This document shows, piece after piece, positions 17,558 through 20,000 of a stretch of DNA of 20,000 nt. The stretch is from Rozella allomycis CSF55 (Eukaryota). The stretch covers positions 45,194-65,193 of the forward strand of contig KE561079.1 of the NCBI GenBank assembly GCA_000442015.1, given 5' to 3'. The stretch's first letter is position 1. Each line of letters opens with the position of its first letter. A program made the translations under genes and the position numbers. The notes beneath the pieces were generated by a model. The model worked only from the letters and a program-made list of their open reading frames with translations, was not told the DNA's origin and did no database searches.

Positions 17558-20000
17558 ATGAAATCCTTCGCATTATTAGGTATTCTTTATTTGGCATTTA
17601 ATGTTAAATGCTCACCGGCGTACTCAATATCAGGTAGTTTTGATATCATTTGAAAACAGGCGTGAAGTCGATGTTTAACGTATCACTGGCCGGTCCATCT
17701 TACAATATGACCTCGGCATCTATGACAAAACTTTTAAACGGCATTTCTCAAGATTATGGTATTGGTTTATGGCTTAACTTATCAACTCTCTTCAGGACAA
17801 CTGTTCAACCACTTGATAATATCGCTTTCCTTGATGAGAATAATGATCCAGATCCCACCATCGCAATGAATGAATTTTTGGTAAATACAAATCATATCAA
17901 TTTTATAGCCTTCAATAATAATGACTACCGTTTGTTTTGCCCTATCCTTGGGGTGCATTTTTATCGCTCCATTTGTGTATTGCTGTTGCAAATGGCGAAG
18001 AAAAAATTATGAAGCAAGTTTAAAAATACCACTGCTGTTTTTGTTCGTATTTTCGTCAATCTTAATGTAATATCCTTAGTCCTACTTAAAGAGTGCATGT
18101 ATCGTAGTAAGCTTTCTAACTAATGATGTTTTTGGGTCTTCATTTCCCAGTATTTTTAATGCAACGAATAATTTAATAATTGTGGCAAACAATAAAGCCA
18201 GTGATATAACATCATTGAGCAAAGGTATATTATTGACAATGGGACCAACAATTCTGAATTCTTTGCAGAAAATTGATCAGATTCCAGTTAATTCTTTAAT
18301 TTCGAATTTGACAAGCGAAGGGCACTCCCTAATCACTCAACTTGTTGTCCTGAAAAACAGTCTGGACACGACAAAGTCGAGTGGGGCAAATGTTATTCAT
18401 CATTTTAATCAACTCTCAAATTATTCTAGTATTTATCAAGTAGAAGCTTCTTCTACAGCTAACCTCTTAAATAATCTAACGCTAAACCAAACTGTTGGTC
18501 CGTATAATAACATCACTTATTCCCTGTATTTGACGGGACCCCTAATTGACATTTCTATGTCTAACTCTTCCATTGATATTTCTGTTTTTTCAAATTCTTT
18601 AGATTCTTTGAATAATATCCCCAATATATCCACAATAATTACAAGCATCAACACCACCTTTCTTGATTTGAATGCAACAATTCACTCTACTATTTCTAAT
18701 GTCACAGATTCAACAAATACAGCTGTAAGAAACCAATTAGATGGAATAAATAACTCAGTCTTGCCCCTCATAAACAACAATTTAGGGCCCATCAATTTAA
18801 TGCTATCTGAATTCAAAGAAGCCGTCACAAATGCTTACAATAGTTATTTTTTGCGATACAATGAATATAGGTAAAAATCATTAGCGATCAAAAAGAGATC
18901 TAATTTAATGTGCGCTATATTTGTGTTGGTGGCACTGTCTTTATTTTTATGCATGATGTCTTTATTATTTCGCTCTGCGAAATTGATGAAGGTTTCCACT
19001 CAGGTGGGTGTGTGTTGTAGTGGCATTTTATGGTTTTTGTGCGGCATATGTTTCATTATTGCTTCTTTGTTGTCATTATCTTGTAATTTGGTGACTGTTA
19101 AGAAATTAAAACCAATTTCCCCATATTTTTCAGAACTTGGAATCCCCCTGTCCCCTTCACAAATAGATGATATTTACGAACAGCTAGATGCATGCAACGG
19201 AAATGGGACTTTATTTAACATTATCGAAAGTGCTGCAAGCATAACTATTCCAGATATTAAATCTCAAGTAGAGTCTGTTTTAGAAAATTTTGACTTCAAT
19301 TCACTCGCAGATTCTATAGGCCTTCAGTAAAATAGTTAATGATTCCTTATTAGAAATTACTTTAACTTTCCAAGCGACCTCGATACACTTGATTCTTCTG
19401 TTAATTTAAATATTTCATCATCGACTCTCTTCAACACTTCCGATTTATCGATAATGCACACCTCTGTTCAGGACTTAAGAAATATTACTATGTATTTAAA
19501 TGATACAAATAATGCCACAACTCTGCAATACTACGTTCCATTAACTAGCAATGATCAAGATGTATCCATCGCAGATTTCCGCCTAAAAATATCTGAAATT
19601 ATAGACCGTATAAATATCATTAATAATACTATACTATCTGGAATTGATGTTGAGGTGGCATCTGTAAATTCTTCCTTTCAAACATTTGCGTCCGCGGCCA
19701 CAAATTTGGTTAATAATACCAACACGTTATTGTTAAAAAAGCGTGACATGCTCAACTATGCGAACTTGTACATCAATGAAACGAAAAACGAAGTAATCAA
19801 TTCATTCACAATTAATAGATCATCACTCGCATAATTCCAAACATTGTAAGTGACATAAGACTGTTTGCCGGAAACGCATCGGTAGCAATGGATGCTGTTG
19901 GTGAATGTAAATCAATATCTACAAGTTTAACTGCATTTGAAAATTCCATATGTATTATATTACAGTAACTTTTTACATTATATTAGTATTTCAGGAGAGG
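17558..20000 (+). CDS. Prominin-like multi-pass membrane glycoprotein (partial, runs off the window end)
   Basis: Signal peptide MKSFALLGILYLAFNVKC. TM1 is followed by a Cys cluster (FVYCCCKWRRK), then TM2, a large N-x-S/T-rich loop, TM3/TM4, and a second large loop with LDACNGNGTLFNII and VGECKSISTSLTAFENSIC. Introns 17634-17659, 17881-17908, 18067-18093, 18871-18897, 19327-19353, 19793-19818 and 19965-19994. Confidence 0.75.

Overview
Gene-dense, AT-rich eukaryotic nuclear DNA from a flagellated, fungus-like opisthokont. CFAP44, tiny introns and very short intergenic spacers (as little as 28 bp) suggest a zoosporic early-diverging lineage such as Rozella/Cryptomycota; this is inference only. 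Gene order: 3' end of an unknown gene; Esc1-like bHLH factor (-); FAM149/DUF3719-like protein; CTDSPL2-type NIF phosphatase; NSUN2/Trm4 tRNA m5C methyltransferase (-); GPN3 GTPase; an intronless PAS-PAS-HisKA-HATPase-(pseudo)REC-REC hybrid histidine kinase with a FixL-like heme PAS; CFAP44; a Ty3/gypsy-type LTR remnant cluster containing two single-N joins; a LYAR-type zinc-finger gene cut at its 5' end by an LTR; and a prominin-like membrane glycoprotein running off the window. The most striking signal is the splicing grammar. The 38 introns reconstructed by hand are all 26-30 nt and skip any AG closer than 26 nt. They freely use AAG and GAG acceptors, and two CFAP44 introns appear to end in TG (GT-TG) where no AG lies at the right distance. 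This suggests length-ruler 3' splice-site selection.
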